IMG/VR virus record: IMGVR_UViG_3300012147_000007
Location: 1 to 64,000 of that record
Length of the DNA: 64,000 nucleotides
Source: an uncultured virus (IMG/VR IMGVR_UViG_3300012147_000007)
Lineage: Duplodnaviria; Heunggongvirae; Uroviricota; Caudoviricetes
Strand: one strand, 5' to 3'
The notes under the pieces were generated by a model. That model ran no database searches. It was not told where the DNA came from and saw nothing but the letters and a program-made list of their open reading frames with translations. The translations under genes were made by a program, and so were the position numbers. Below are positions 37,532 to 46,564 of the stretch, piece by piece. Position 1 is the stretch's first letter. Each line of letters begins with the position of its first letter.

Positions 37532-37882
37532 TTAATATTTAACACCAGAATTTCTTCTTGGCTTCGAAGTTCTTTTTAATTTTTTAACTTTAGTATCTTG
37601 ATTTAATGTGGCACAAAATAAAGAAGTTGAACCTGGTTGCTGAAGCGGTATTGTTCCACTGTCTTCACAAAGAGGAACGTTCCATGGAACTGTTTTTGTA
37701 TTATCATAAATAAAAGGCTTAGCATCATCTTGGCTAAACCTGTCTGGAGTCACTTTGTCAAACACTAAGTCAAGATGGTCTTGAATAGTTTTAACCTGCT
37801 CAGGAGTCATTCCTTTCTCAAGCATATCTGGATTCATCTCAAGTGCTCCTTGTAGCCAATATGCAAACTCATTACTTCCCAT
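37532..37882 (-). CDS. hypothetical protein
   Basis: FAYWLQG..E..QVKTIQDHLDLVF. Confidence 0.7.
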   Translation of the reverse strand: MGSNEFAYWLQGALEMNPDMLEKGMTPEQVKTIQDHLDLVFDKVTPDRFSQDDAKPFIYDNTKTVPWNVPLCEDSGTIPLQQPGSTSLFCATLNQDTKVKKLKRTSKPRRNSGVKY

Positions 37883-37886
37883 TCTT

Positions 37887-38699
37887 TTAATTTTTATATT
37901 TCCAAATAAATCCACCAGAAGTTTTACTTCTTCCTTTTAAACAATTTACAATACTTGTTTTTTTAATTCCAGTTGAATTAGATGCATCACTAATGCTTTT
38001 GAAATCATTAATAAATTCACTGCTATTATCAAACTGAATTACTTCTAAAATATTATGTTTAGGAGGCTCAATATATTTATCAATTTTTATTTTAACTTTT
38101 CCATCTTTATATATCCACATAAACTCACTACATCTATAACCATTTCCTTTACAAACTTGAGTTATATTAGAATGACTTAAGTTTAATTTTTCTCCAGCAT
38201 CAACAGCAGATTCCCATTCTTTAATAAAGTTTCCCTCCAAATTATATTGCAAAATTGGTTTTTTAATAGAATCAAAATGTTTTCTAATAGCCTTTTTCCT
38301 ATTTCCATTTTTATCGTTTTGATTTATTTTTAAACCAAATCTTGCTTTTTTATTGTTAATATACTGCTGTTTGCTCCATGGTATTCCAATTCTTCCATAG
38401 GTTGCACCACCTTCTCCACCTTCTAAATGATTAGTTAAATCAAACAAACCACTATAATATTTAATCCAATATCTTTCTCGCTCCTGCCAATTATTTTTGC
38501 CACATTCTTCAATTAACTCTATTTTTGGAACTAATCCTTTTTTTATAACTGAATTAATCCATATAGCTGAATGATACTTGTTATACTTACTCCTATTAAT
38601 ATGAGACCTTAGTCTTTTTTTCATATTAGTAGTTTTTCCAATATATCTAATATCATTAATAATTGGGTCTTTTAAACAATATATAAAAATCTTTCTCAT
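37887..38699 (-). CDS. GIY-YIG endonuclease with NUMOD1 repeats
   Basis: FIYCLKDP..RYIGKT; IKEWESA; SGGFIWKY. Confidence 0.9.
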   Translation of the reverse strand: MRKIFIYCLKDPIINDIRYIGKTTNMKKRLRSHINRSKYNKYHSAIWINSVIKKGLVPKIELIEECGKNNWQERERYWIKYYSGLFDLTNHLEGGEGGATYGRIGIPWSKQQYINNKKARFGLKINQNDKNGNRKKAIRKHFDSIKKPILQYNLEGNFIKEWESAVDAGEKLNLSHSNITQVCKGNGYRCSEFMWIYKDGKVKIKIDKYIEPPKHNILEVIQFDNSSEFINDFKSISDASNSTGIKKTSIVNCLKGRSKTSGGFIWKYKN

Positions 38700-38797
38700 A
38701 TAAATAAATATGCTAAAAAATTAAATAAATTATTTTGCATTCATAATTATTCTTCTGCGTTCATGTTTCTTTATTATAAATAAATTTAAATTTTAAA

Positions 38798-39055
38798 TTA
38801 GAGAGCGTTTTCTTCAAGAAATTTCCATTTATCTTCCTCTTTTACCAACAAAACAAGAGCATGTCTCCATGCTTCAATCTCATCTCCTGACAACCCATGA
38901 ATGTAAACCTTCTCTCCCCAAAGTGCCTTAGCAAAATCTTCTCTGAAAATAATTGCATAAACATTTGTTCCATTTACTATTCTACCCAATTCATACTCAG
39001 CATCAGGACCTTTGTAGCCACCAGCTTTAGCTTTGGCCATTACTTTCTGGAAAAT
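38798..39055 (-). CDS. hypothetical protein
   Basis: IIFREDFAKALWGE. Confidence 0.6.
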   Translation of the reverse strand: MFQKVMAKAKAGGYKGPDAEYELGRIVNGTNVYAIIFREDFAKALWGEKVYIHGLSGDEIEAWRHALVLLVKEEDKWKFLEENAL

Positions 39056-39062
39056 GTCTAAT

Positions 39063-41174
39063 TTATTCACTATCTTTCTTTTTTGATTCAAGCATAACTA
39101 TGTTCCCTTGCTTATCTCCATACCTTTGTGTTAGAGTTTTTCTTGGACCTCCATTAGCATCTTCTTCTGAAAGAGCATCTGCAATCCTTTGCTTAAATGT
39201 GTGATAAGTGTCTTTATCTCTAAGAGCTATTGGTTTACCATATTCATCAATGAATTTTTTAACCTTCTTAGCATCCATTCTTGAGTGGGTTGACAAATAT
39301 TCACCAATCTTTAATAGAAGATATTTATTATCACTAAGTATTTTCGTACACTCCTCTTCGCACTCTCTGATAAGTTTTCTTGCCGCTTGCTCGGTAGCTT
39401 TTACGTTTTCTGTATTGAACATTGTGTTAGTGCTTGAACTCTTGTGTCCGTAAAACATTGGAACCTCGTCAAGCATACCAAAAATCTTAGCCATATTTAA
39501 AGCAACTGAAGTTGCACTTTCAAAATCTCCTCCAGTACCAACTCCAAGATTTTCTTCTCCAAAAATCATTTTCTCAGCAACAAACCCGCCAAGAGCTATG
39601 ATTATATACTTTCTTAAAGTATCTCTCGTGTCAATAGCTGGAAGCTCTGCTGCACAGTACCCTTCAGACATATTAGCTGTTCTACTAAGTATTTCTGTAG
39701 GAAGAATTTGAGCTCCATATATTGCTGCAACAGCATGTCCAGCTTCGTGTATTGCTACGTGAGCTTGCATTTCGTCTCCAGTAGATTTTCTTAGACTTTC
39801 AATTTTTAATTTAACTGGGAATTGTGATGTAGACAAAATCTCTCTACTACTATTTAGCATCTCTATTTTATGTTTTCCTCTGGTAAATTTCCACGAAACT
39901 ATTTTGACCGAACCTTTTGTTTCAATTATTTGCTCAATTACTTTTCCAACATGACTTTCTACAAGAGAATTTATAGTTGTAAAAACTGGCCTTGCTCCTT
40001 GCGTTGGCAAAACACCTTCTTTGTAAACAATTGTGTTTACTGATTCGTGAAATTCAATATCAATATCATATTCACTACTTATTTTTTCAACAAGCTTTTC
40101 TAACTCAAGAGATATAAGTTGCCTATAAACCTTAGAACTGAAGGCAGGATATATTATTTGACTATTTCCAAGCCTGGCAATTTGTTCTGCTCTAAACCTC
40201 TTTTGTAAGGCAGCTTTTATTTTTGGCATCGTAATCTTTAGAGAATGCTTATAAAACCTATCAGCATCACTATCTGGGTCAAAGTTGTTTGACATTTGAT
40301 ATGCTTCATCAACATTTCCAATAACAAAAATACAAGACTTAGAATAATCGAACTCCATTGGCTTAAACGCTCTATGCATTGTTTCATCAAGAAAAGTAAG
40401 AGACTCATTGTGGTCCATCGTCTTAAGGAACTCCTTCAACTCTCTCTCTGATAAAAATCTCGTTTCCCAAATTGACTGTATGTACCAATAGAAAACTGAA
40501 GGAACAAATAGGTCTTCCTTTTTTTCTTCTTCTTTTTCTTTCTTGTTTTTTGAATCCGTGCCATCTTCTTTGAAGTACTTTTCGTGATAACTCTTGTTTG
40601 ATGATATAATTCCCATCTTAGACTCAACTTTTCCGCTGTCTACACAGTCTTTTAACTTCAAGTAAAGATGATACACTCTACTTCCATAATAAGAACTCTG
40701 AAGGATTGAAATCTTTCCAGAATCTAATAAATCCCACATAGCTCTAAGTCCTGATTTATCAAGTTCTTCACCATTTTCGTTTATAGTTCTTCCAAGTTGG
40801 AATTCGTCAAACACAATTCCTATCTGGTGGCCTTCTCTGTTTTTTAACTCTTCTGAAAATGAATGAGCTAATTTTGTGTTATCTTGTGAAGCATAATCTC
40901 CAACATCAAACTTATAAAGACTGTCTTCCAAGCCAATGTGAAAGAAAAGTCTTTTTACCAACCTTGTCTTTCCTACTCCAGTCATTCCCCAGAGATTAAT
41001 AATTGTTGGTCTAATCTGCCCATTAGGAAAAAGATACCAAGGCCTCATTAAATCGACCACCTCATCAATGATGTCATCAAGCCCAACGAACTCCTTTTTC
41101 AATTCCACTTTGGCACTTTCTAATACCTCTTTTCTTCTAAGAAACCCCTTTTTATCTTCAGCTGAAATTTTCAT
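39063..41174 (-). CDS. AAA+ ATPase fused to peptidase M41 (FtsH-like, no TM segments)
   Basis: GMTGVGKT, VFDEFQ, HEAGH, LGGFVAE, GDFESAT. Confidence 0.85.
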   Translation of the reverse strand: MKISAEDKKGFLRRKEVLESAKVELKKEFVGLDDIIDEVVDLMRPWYLFPNGQIRPTIINLWGMTGVGKTRLVKRLFFHIGLEDSLYKFDVGDYASQDNTKLAHSFSEELKNREGHQIGIVFDEFQLGRTINENGEELDKSGLRAMWDLLDSGKISILQSSYYGSRVYHLYLKLKDCVDSGKVESKMGIISSNKSYHEKYFKEDGTDSKNKKEKEEEKKEDLFVPSVFYWYIQSIWETRFLSERELKEFLKTMDHNESLTFLDETMHRAFKPMEFDYSKSCIFVIGNVDEAYQMSNNFDPDSDADRFYKHSLKITMPKIKAALQKRFRAEQIARLGNSQIIYPAFSSKVYRQLISLELEKLVEKISSEYDIDIEFHESVNTIVYKEGVLPTQGARPVFTTINSLVESHVGKVIEQIIETKGSVKIVSWKFTRGKHKIEMLNSSREILSTSQFPVKLKIESLRKSTGDEMQAHVAIHEAGHAVAAIYGAQILPTEILSRTANMSEGYCAAELPAIDTRDTLRKYIIIALGGFVAEKMIFGEENLGVGTGGDFESATSVALNMAKIFGMLDEVPMFYGHKSSSTNTMFNTENVKATEQAARKLIRECEEECTKILSDNKYLLLKIGEYLSTHSRMDAKKVKKFIDEYGKPIALRDKDTYHTFKQRIADALSEEDANGGPRKTLTQRYGDKQGNIVMLESKKKDSE

Positions 41175-41253
41175 TGTCTTTTTTTTATGTAAAGATAGTC
41201 AATTCAATTCTATAAACAAAAAGAATCCTGAACAATTTGCTCAGGACTCTTTT

Positions 41254-41883
41254 TTACTTTAAAACCCACTGATAGTATCCAGGTTTTTTGTTGTTATCCA
41301 ATCTTTCAAATAAACCAGACTTATAAACACCATGTGTGTTATGCAGATTTGAGCCTTGCTCTTTTTCGTCTTTATCATACACCTTCCATGTATAATAATG
41401 ATGCATATTTGGTTTTAACTCTTTGTTGTCAACCTCTTTGTTTTGAAACCAGGTCCAACCATCTTTTGCATTGTCTGAATTTCTTTTTATGTTTTCATCA
41501 AAAAATCTCTTTTCCATTTCATACTCTTCATCCCAAGCTTCTTTTGCAATCTTCAAGATTCTATCCTCTCTTTCTTTTCTTTGCTCTGGGAATGAATATG
41601 TAAGTTCAAACTTAAACATCTTCTTAATGTTATCCCAATTATCTGGGTCATGTAAATCAAAGTGATGTTCAACAAAGCCATCAATATCTCTGCAATGCAA
41701 ATCTATCTTAGAACCTTTTGTTGAATATACGTAGTTTCCATCTTCATCAATGTATGAGTATGGGCCATCCCAGTATCCAGCTTTGTGTTCTGCGAAAACT
41801 GGGATTCCACCCTCCATTCTTATATGAGCATTACCTTCTGGGTCTGCCTCTTGAAGCATTTTTATAAATTCTGATGTTGTCAT
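41254..41883 (-). CDS. hypothetical protein
   Basis: 209-aa ORF. Confidence 0.75.
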   Translation of the reverse strand: MTTSEFIKMLQEADPEGNAHIRMEGGIPVFAEHKAGYWDGPYSYIDEDGNYVYSTKGSKIDLHCRDIDGFVEHHFDLHDPDNWDNIKKMFKFELTYSFPEQRKEREDRILKIAKEAWDEEYEMEKRFFDENIKRNSDNAKDGWTWFQNKEVDNKELKPNMHHYYTWKVYDKDEKEQGSNLHNTHGVYKSGLFERLDNNKKPGYYQWVLK

Positions 41884-42365
41884 TACTGTAAGATTTTTTT
41901 GATTTCTAACTTCAATGTTTCCGAATCAGAACTTGCGTCAATAAACCTTTTGACAATATCCCACTTAACTTTCATCTCTGCAGATGGTTTAACTGACTTA
42001 TGCTTCATCTCCTGACGGAACACATTGTTCTTAAGCATTCCAAGATGATTCTTTGTTGTAACCCAACTTGTGTCAGCCACCTTGACATTAACCTTTCCAC
42101 CTTCAATCGTAACCGCTACATAGTGTAGTTTACCATCAAATGTTGTTGAGAATACTTTGCAGTAATCTTCTTTAAAATCCTTGTCCCACACGTATTTCGT
42201 TTGGAAATAATGCTTCTCTGAAGCTTTTAGGTAATCCGATACCATCTTGTCTAATTGTTCTTGCGTAGGTATTACCTTCACTGATTTTTCTTTTTTCATA
42301 ACTTTTGTTTTTACTGTTTCTAACGTTTTCATAATTTTTGTTTTTAAATTTTTAATTGATTTCAT
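41883..42365 (-). CDS. hypothetical protein
   Basis: ORF coupled to next gene. Confidence 0.7.
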   Translation of the reverse strand: MKSIKNLKTKIMKTLETVKTKVMKKEKSVKVIPTQEQLDKMVSDYLKASEKHYFQTKYVWDKDFKEDYCKVFSTTFDGKLHYVAVTIEGGKVNVKVADTSWVTTKNHLGMLKNNVFRQEMKHKSVKPSAEMKVKWDIVKRFIDASSDSETLKLEIKKILQ

Positions 42366-42378
42366 TGTTTTTGATTTT

Positions 42379-42804
42379 TTATTGTTCACTGCATGGTGGG
42401 TGACCAAACTTGTGAAAGTACTTCAAGGGTCTTTTAAATTTACCATCAACCCAGAATCCCCACTTCCTTTTACTTCTTCCAGAGAATACGAGTGTCCAAC
42501 ACCCTCCTTCTGGTACATCCACATAATGAGCATGAGTTGCTTTTCTGTATCTGATAGAACCTGCTTTCATCAAGTCTCTTCCATCATTTGATACATCTGT
42601 ATAACTCCCTTTCAATACACATGTTAGGAATGACCATCCGTGGTCGTGCATGTACCTCTTGTCATCGCTTCTAATGAAATGATGAATTCTGATGGCGAAG
42701 AAGTGAAAATTAAATATCCATCTATACGCATAAGGGCACTCTTTTTCTCCAAGAGCCTCATTCCACCTTACTTGAATTGGTCTGTATTTCTTAAACTTTT
42801 TCAT
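42379..42804 (-). CDS. Cupin-like protein
   Basis: IHHFIRSDD..HDHGWSF..GSY..H. Confidence 0.7.
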   Translation of the reverse strand: MKKFKKYRPIQVRWNEALGEKECPYAYRWIFNFHFFAIRIHHFIRSDDKRYMHDHGWSFLTCVLKGSYTDVSNDGRDLMKAGSIRYRKATHAHYVDVPEGGCWTLVFSGRSKRKWGFWVDGKFKRPLKYFHKFGHPPCSEQ

Positions 42805-43310
42805 TTTTCTAAATTTATAAGAATTGTGGGTACAGTTTTTCCATCCTCCATATAAGAATTATCTGGGAGGACTGTGATTGTGTAACTCTTATCTTCGAGC
42901 CACTTACGAAATTTAATTTGAAGTTCCGAATTTCCAGTCATCCAATAAGGAGACATGATAGAAATGATTTTTCCACCCTCTTTAACGCAATCATACATCT
43001 TCATGACATGTTCGCAGTCGATGTTGTCTTTGAAGTTTGGTGCGCCAATTACTCGGTCATATAAATACTTTGGTTTGAAGTCAAGAAAATTGCTCCAAAT
43101 AACATTGAACCCCTTATCTCTCAATACCTCTTTGCATTGCGAGTTAAGTTCAATACAATCCAAATCAATGTTTGGATTATGTTTAAGAATGCCTTCGGCT
43201 AATAAGCCAACTCCTGCAGATGGTTCAAGGACTTTGTGCCCATCTTGTATATCAGCCACCTACATGAAGTGGTCAATAACTGACTGTGTTGTTTCTCTTT
43301 TTGTTTTCAT
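42801..43310 (-). CDS. SAM-dependent methyltransferase-like protein with in-frame TAG at codon 17
   Basis: MKTKRETTQSVIDHFM*VADIQDGHKVLEPSAGVG; NPPF position reads APNF. Confidence 0.75.
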
Positions 43311-43326
43311 TTTTACTTATATTTAG

Positions 43327-43474
43327 TGGCACAGGGTGGGCTCGAACCAACGACCTCTGGGTTACGGTGAGTGAATCTTTTTCACTTTACACATACTACT
43401 CGCCTTATTACGTAATTCACGCTTTTGCTCGGTAACCTTATCTCCAGCGCTCTAACCAACTGAGCTACTACGCC
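43327..43474 (-). ncRNA. Met-like tRNA body with ~75-nt insert in anticodon loop
   Basis: GGCGTAG/CTGTGCC-A, canonical D and T arms, insert closed by GGTTAC/GTAACC. Confidence 0.75.
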
Positions 43475-43525
43475 TGGTGCCGCAGGGAGGAATGACCCTC
43501 CACTTTATAGCCTGATGGCTGCAGC
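43475..43525 (-). ncRNA. ~50-nt mini-tRNA with encoded ACCA
   Basis: GCTGCAG...TATAAAG-T-GGAGG-GTCATT-CCTCC-CTGCGGC-ACCA. Confidence 0.65.
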
Positions 43526-43531
43526 GTGTTG

Positions 43532-43583
43532 TGGGAGAACCAGGATTCGAACCTGAGATTGATACCTTACATATCTTTCTCCC
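43532..43583 (-). ncRNA. 52-nt tRNA-like RNA lacking one arm
   Basis: GGGAGAA/TTCTCCC-A, GATAT..GTATC hairpin, CAGG-TTCGAAT-CCTG. Confidence 0.65.
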
Positions 43584-43588
43584 ATTTG

Positions 43589-43726
43589 TGCCCGTGAGTG
43601 GATTCGAACCAAAGAACTCTTTTCCCACTTTGTTGCAACGTTTCGGAATCGAGTGCAAGAATATACCAACTGTTACTCCTCACAATTAAACGTTATCATT
43701 GCGTCTTGTAATCTTGCATCACGGGC
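43589..43726 (-). ncRNA. 138-nt RNA with tRNA acceptor stem and T loop
   Basis: GCCCGTG/CACGGGC-A, GGTTCGAATCC, TGCAAGA/TCTTGCA stem. Confidence 0.6.
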
Positions 43727-43731
43727 GTTTG

Positions 43732-43807
43732 TGGCGAATGAAGGGTTCGAACCTCCGACCTCTGCCATCCGAAGATGATAGCGCTCTACCAACTGAGCTA
43801 ATTCGCC
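43732..43807 (-). ncRNA. Met-like tRNA body with cUUCGg-capped anticodon arm
   Basis: CTATCATC-TTCG-GATGGCAG. Confidence 0.75.
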
Positions 43808-43856
43808 TGGTGCAGTGGGGAAGTTTGACCTCCCGCTTTATAACCGAGTCACTGCG
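43808..43856 (-). ncRNA. ~50-nt mini-tRNA with encoded ACCA
   Basis: GCAGTG...TATAAAG-C-GGGAG-GTCAAA-CTTCC-CCACTGC-ACCA. Confidence 0.65.
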
Positions 43857-43865
43857 TATGTTTTG

Positions 43866-43937
43866 TGGTCCATATCGGGCTCGAACCGACAACCTGCGGG
43901 GTTAGAATCCGCTGCTCTACCATTGAGCTAATAGACC
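43866..43937 (-). tRNA. Amber suppressor tRNA (CTA)
   Basis: Canonical cloverleaf; GCGGA-TT-CTA-AC-CCCGC. Confidence 0.85.
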
Positions 43938-43993
43938 TTGTTGTCCTTGGGGCTGGGATTTGAAAATTGTTTCTATTTATATAAAAACAAAAT

Positions 43994-44695
43994 ATGAAAC
44001 CACTATTCACCGACAAGGAATATAATTCTGCTAAATCAATGGACAAATTATCATGCGAGTGTTATTATTGCGAAGAAGCTTTTTATGAAATCAAGAAAAG
44101 AATCACAGAATTCAAAAAAGGAAACTCTACCAGAACATTGAAGTCTTGTTCTAAAAAAGAATGCAAAGCTAAGCAGCAATCAAAAACACACAATAAACAA
44201 AAGTTAGTAACATGTGAAAACTGCGATAAAGAGTTCTCCAAAACAAGAAGTCAAATTAAAAAATCTAATAATAACTTCTGCTCTCGCTCCTGCAGCGCAA
44301 CCCACAACAATAAAAACAAGACTCATGGTACTCGTAGGTCAAAACTTGAAGTATGGCTGGAGGAGCAACTTGCCTATCTGTATCCAGAGCTTAAAATTCA
44401 TTATAATCAAAAAGATGCAATAAATTCAGAGTTAGATATATACATACCAAGTTTTAACCTTGCAATTGAAATAAATGGTATTTTTCACTACAAACCTATA
44501 TTCGGAGAAGATAAGTTTAATAATATTATAAAAAATGACCAAAATAAATTACAAGCATGTATTGATGAAGGTATCGAAATAATATCAATTGATGTTTCTC
44601 AAATGAATTATTTCAAGCCAAAAAAGGCTCAAAAATACCTTGACATCATTTGTCAATTAATTAGCAATAAGTCAAAGAACATGTTAAAATCTTAG
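43994..44695 (+). CDS. Zn-finger + PD-(D/E)XK-like homing endonuclease
   Basis: FCSRSC, RSKLE, ELDIYIP..IEINGIFHY. Confidence 0.85.
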   Translation: MKPLFTDKEYNSAKSMDKLSCECYYCEEAFYEIKKRITEFKKGNSTRTLKSCSKKECKAKQQSKTHNKQKLVTCENCDKEFSKTRSQIKKSNNNFCSRSCSATHNNKNKTHGTRRSKLEVWLEEQLAYLYPELKIHYNQKDAINSELDIYIPSFNLAIEINGIFHYKPIFGEDKFNNIIKNDQNKLQACIDEGIEIISIDVSQMNYFKPKKAQKYLDIICQLISNKSKNMLKS

Positions 44696-44751
44696 TCACT
44701 CCATTGAGTGTGCAGCAACCACTACGTGCAAGTGTTTTAACTTTGGTTACC

Positions 44752-44828
44752 TCCTGGCGGCTGAGATTCGAACTCACGACCTCTATCAAATATCAGGATA
44801 GCGCTCTAACCAACTGAGCTACGCCAGG
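44752..44828 (-). ncRNA. Ile-like tRNA with 9-nt anticodon loop
   Basis: CTATC-CTGATATTT-GATAG. Confidence 0.65.
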
Positions 44829-44852
44829 TTGTTTTTATATTTCATCACATCA

Positions 44853-45281
44853 TTATGATGCTGTTTTTTTAATGTTATTAATATGAAAATTACTAACAGG
44901 GTCTTCTTTTATTCCTTGAGAATCAACCCACTGTTCGTAGTATTCTTTTTGAGCAAGACGTAAGCTACCTGTTAACCTACGAGCTTGGTCGCATGCTTCA
45001 ATAGCCATAGATGTTGCTTTATGATTTAAGTCTGGTTCACGAAATACAGAAACACACACTCCTCTTTGTCGAAGTTTTTCAACAAGAGACAATAAAGACT
45101 CTTCGTCTTCAATTGATAAACATGCTACGTATTGTGAATTTTCGTACCATTCCTTAAATTGGTCTGGATACTCGACTGCAAATTGAGACATTGCATGAGC
45201 CGATTGCGCAATTTGAGCTCCAGGATGCAAATCTCTTGTAACAACTATTCTAAGTTTTTCATTATTTTTTACCTATTTCAT
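44853..45281 (-). CDS. Peptidyl-tRNA hydrolase, Pth2-like, in-frame TAG at codon 3
   Basis: MK*VKNNEKLRIVVTRDLHPGAQIAQSAHA...FREPDL..T. Confidence 0.8.
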
Positions 45282-45349
45282 ATCTAAGTTATTTTTAATT
45301 ATTTTGGTGTTTATTTTTATACGTAAAAATTTATAAAATGTTTCTATAA

Positions 45350-46462
45350 TTATAAACTTTCTATTAATTGACTCATTTTCTTTAACAAATCTTCATTATA
45401 TGCAATTCTTAATAATTTAATTTCACTTTTACTACAGTAATCAGTTTTAATGCTATCGTTTATTTGCGTTAATTCCAATGCTTTTTCTCCCCCAAAATAA
45501 TCAATAGACTTAAAATGTTGCCTACCATCAAATTCAATACAAATATTGTAATCAGGCAAGTAAAAATCAAATGGTAACTCCATTATATTCCTACATTCTT
45601 TAAATTTCTTCTGCCTTTCAAATTTTATTAAATTTTCTTTTAATAATTTTGAAATCCTTTTTTCTCCCTTTGACTCATTGCAATGTGGACAACCAATACC
45701 TCTAATGTGATGTGTTGGCACCTGCTCAAATTCATCGTGAACTGGGCAAATTATTTTTATTTTTGTTTTAGAGTTAATATATTTAACAAAAGAATAATCA
45801 TATTTATTCTCATGAATCAAATGTGACTCCATTATAAAATATTCTTGTGATTTTTTAAGCTTATCAGCACGCTCTATTATAGCGCATTTATTACAACCAC
45901 GCCCAGATAAATGGTCATGAGGAGTTTGTTGAAATTGTCCATGATTTGGACAAATTATTACAATTGGTTTTTTTGAATTGTTATATTCCGTAAAAGAGTA
46001 ATCATATTTATTTGAATGGACACTTTGAGCTCTTACTTTGAAATCTTCGAGAGTTAACTTCATTCTATCATTCCCACACGATGGACAACCCCTATTAGAT
46101 AGGTGATTCAAAGGCATTTGATTAAATTCTCCATGATTTTGACAAATTATTGTAACTGGAGTTTTATAATTCTTATAATTTACTTTGCTATAATTGTAGC
46201 AATCACCATGAATTGATATTGCTTTTTTTACAAATTCTTCTTTTGATAAGGATTGTTTGTATGATTTTTTTAAGTTTCCACAACCTGGACAACCAACCCC
46301 ATTAGCGTGATGAAAAGGCAATTGATTAAACACTCCATGAACTGGACATTTTATATCTATTTTAGTTCTTGCATTTTTATATTCTACAAGACTATAATCG
46401 TAAAAATTATTATGAATTTTTTGCGCCTTTTTAATGAAGATGTTTTTGTTTTTTTCTTTCAT
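45350..46462 (-). CDS. Homing endonuclease with DUF723-like repeats and PD-(D/E)XK-like domain
   Basis: 4x YDYS..Y....IICP.HG.F.Q; SKGE, LPFDFY, IEFDGRQH. Confidence 0.88.
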   Translation of the reverse strand: MKEKNKNIFIKKAQKIHNNFYDYSLVEYKNARTKIDIKCPVHGVFNQLPFHHANGVGCPGCGNLKKSYKQSLSKEEFVKKAISIHGDCYNYSKVNYKNYKTPVTIICQNHGEFNQMPLNHLSNRGCPSCGNDRMKLTLEDFKVRAQSVHSNKYDYSFTEYNNSKKPIVIICPNHGQFQQTPHDHLSGRGCNKCAIIERADKLKKSQEYFIMESHLIHENKYDYSFVKYINSKTKIKIICPVHDEFEQVPTHHIRGIGCPHCNESKGEKRISKLLKENLIKFERQKKFKECRNIMELPFDFYLPDYNICIEFDGRQHFKSIDYFGGEKALELTQINDSIKTDYCSKSEIKLLRIAYNEDLLKKMSQLIESL

Positions 46463-46489
46463 ACTAATAAGTAGTAAAAAATTTTCAAC

Positions 46490-46564
46490 AAGTTGTGCGC
46501 CAGGATGAATATCACGTATTGTGACTATTCTTAATTTTGAATTATTAATCTATAAGTTTTTCAT
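46490..46564 (-). pseudogene. Displaced 5' remnant of Pth2-like gene (also with early TAG)
   Basis: MKNL*INNSKLRIVTIRDIHPGAQL. Confidence 0.8.

Noticed and set aside
1658..44046. Track ORFs overlapping tRNA genes (e.g. 1658, 3294, 5125, 5963, 19953, 20163, 35068, 36436, 43699)
   Set aside because: Shadow translations of tRNA sequence
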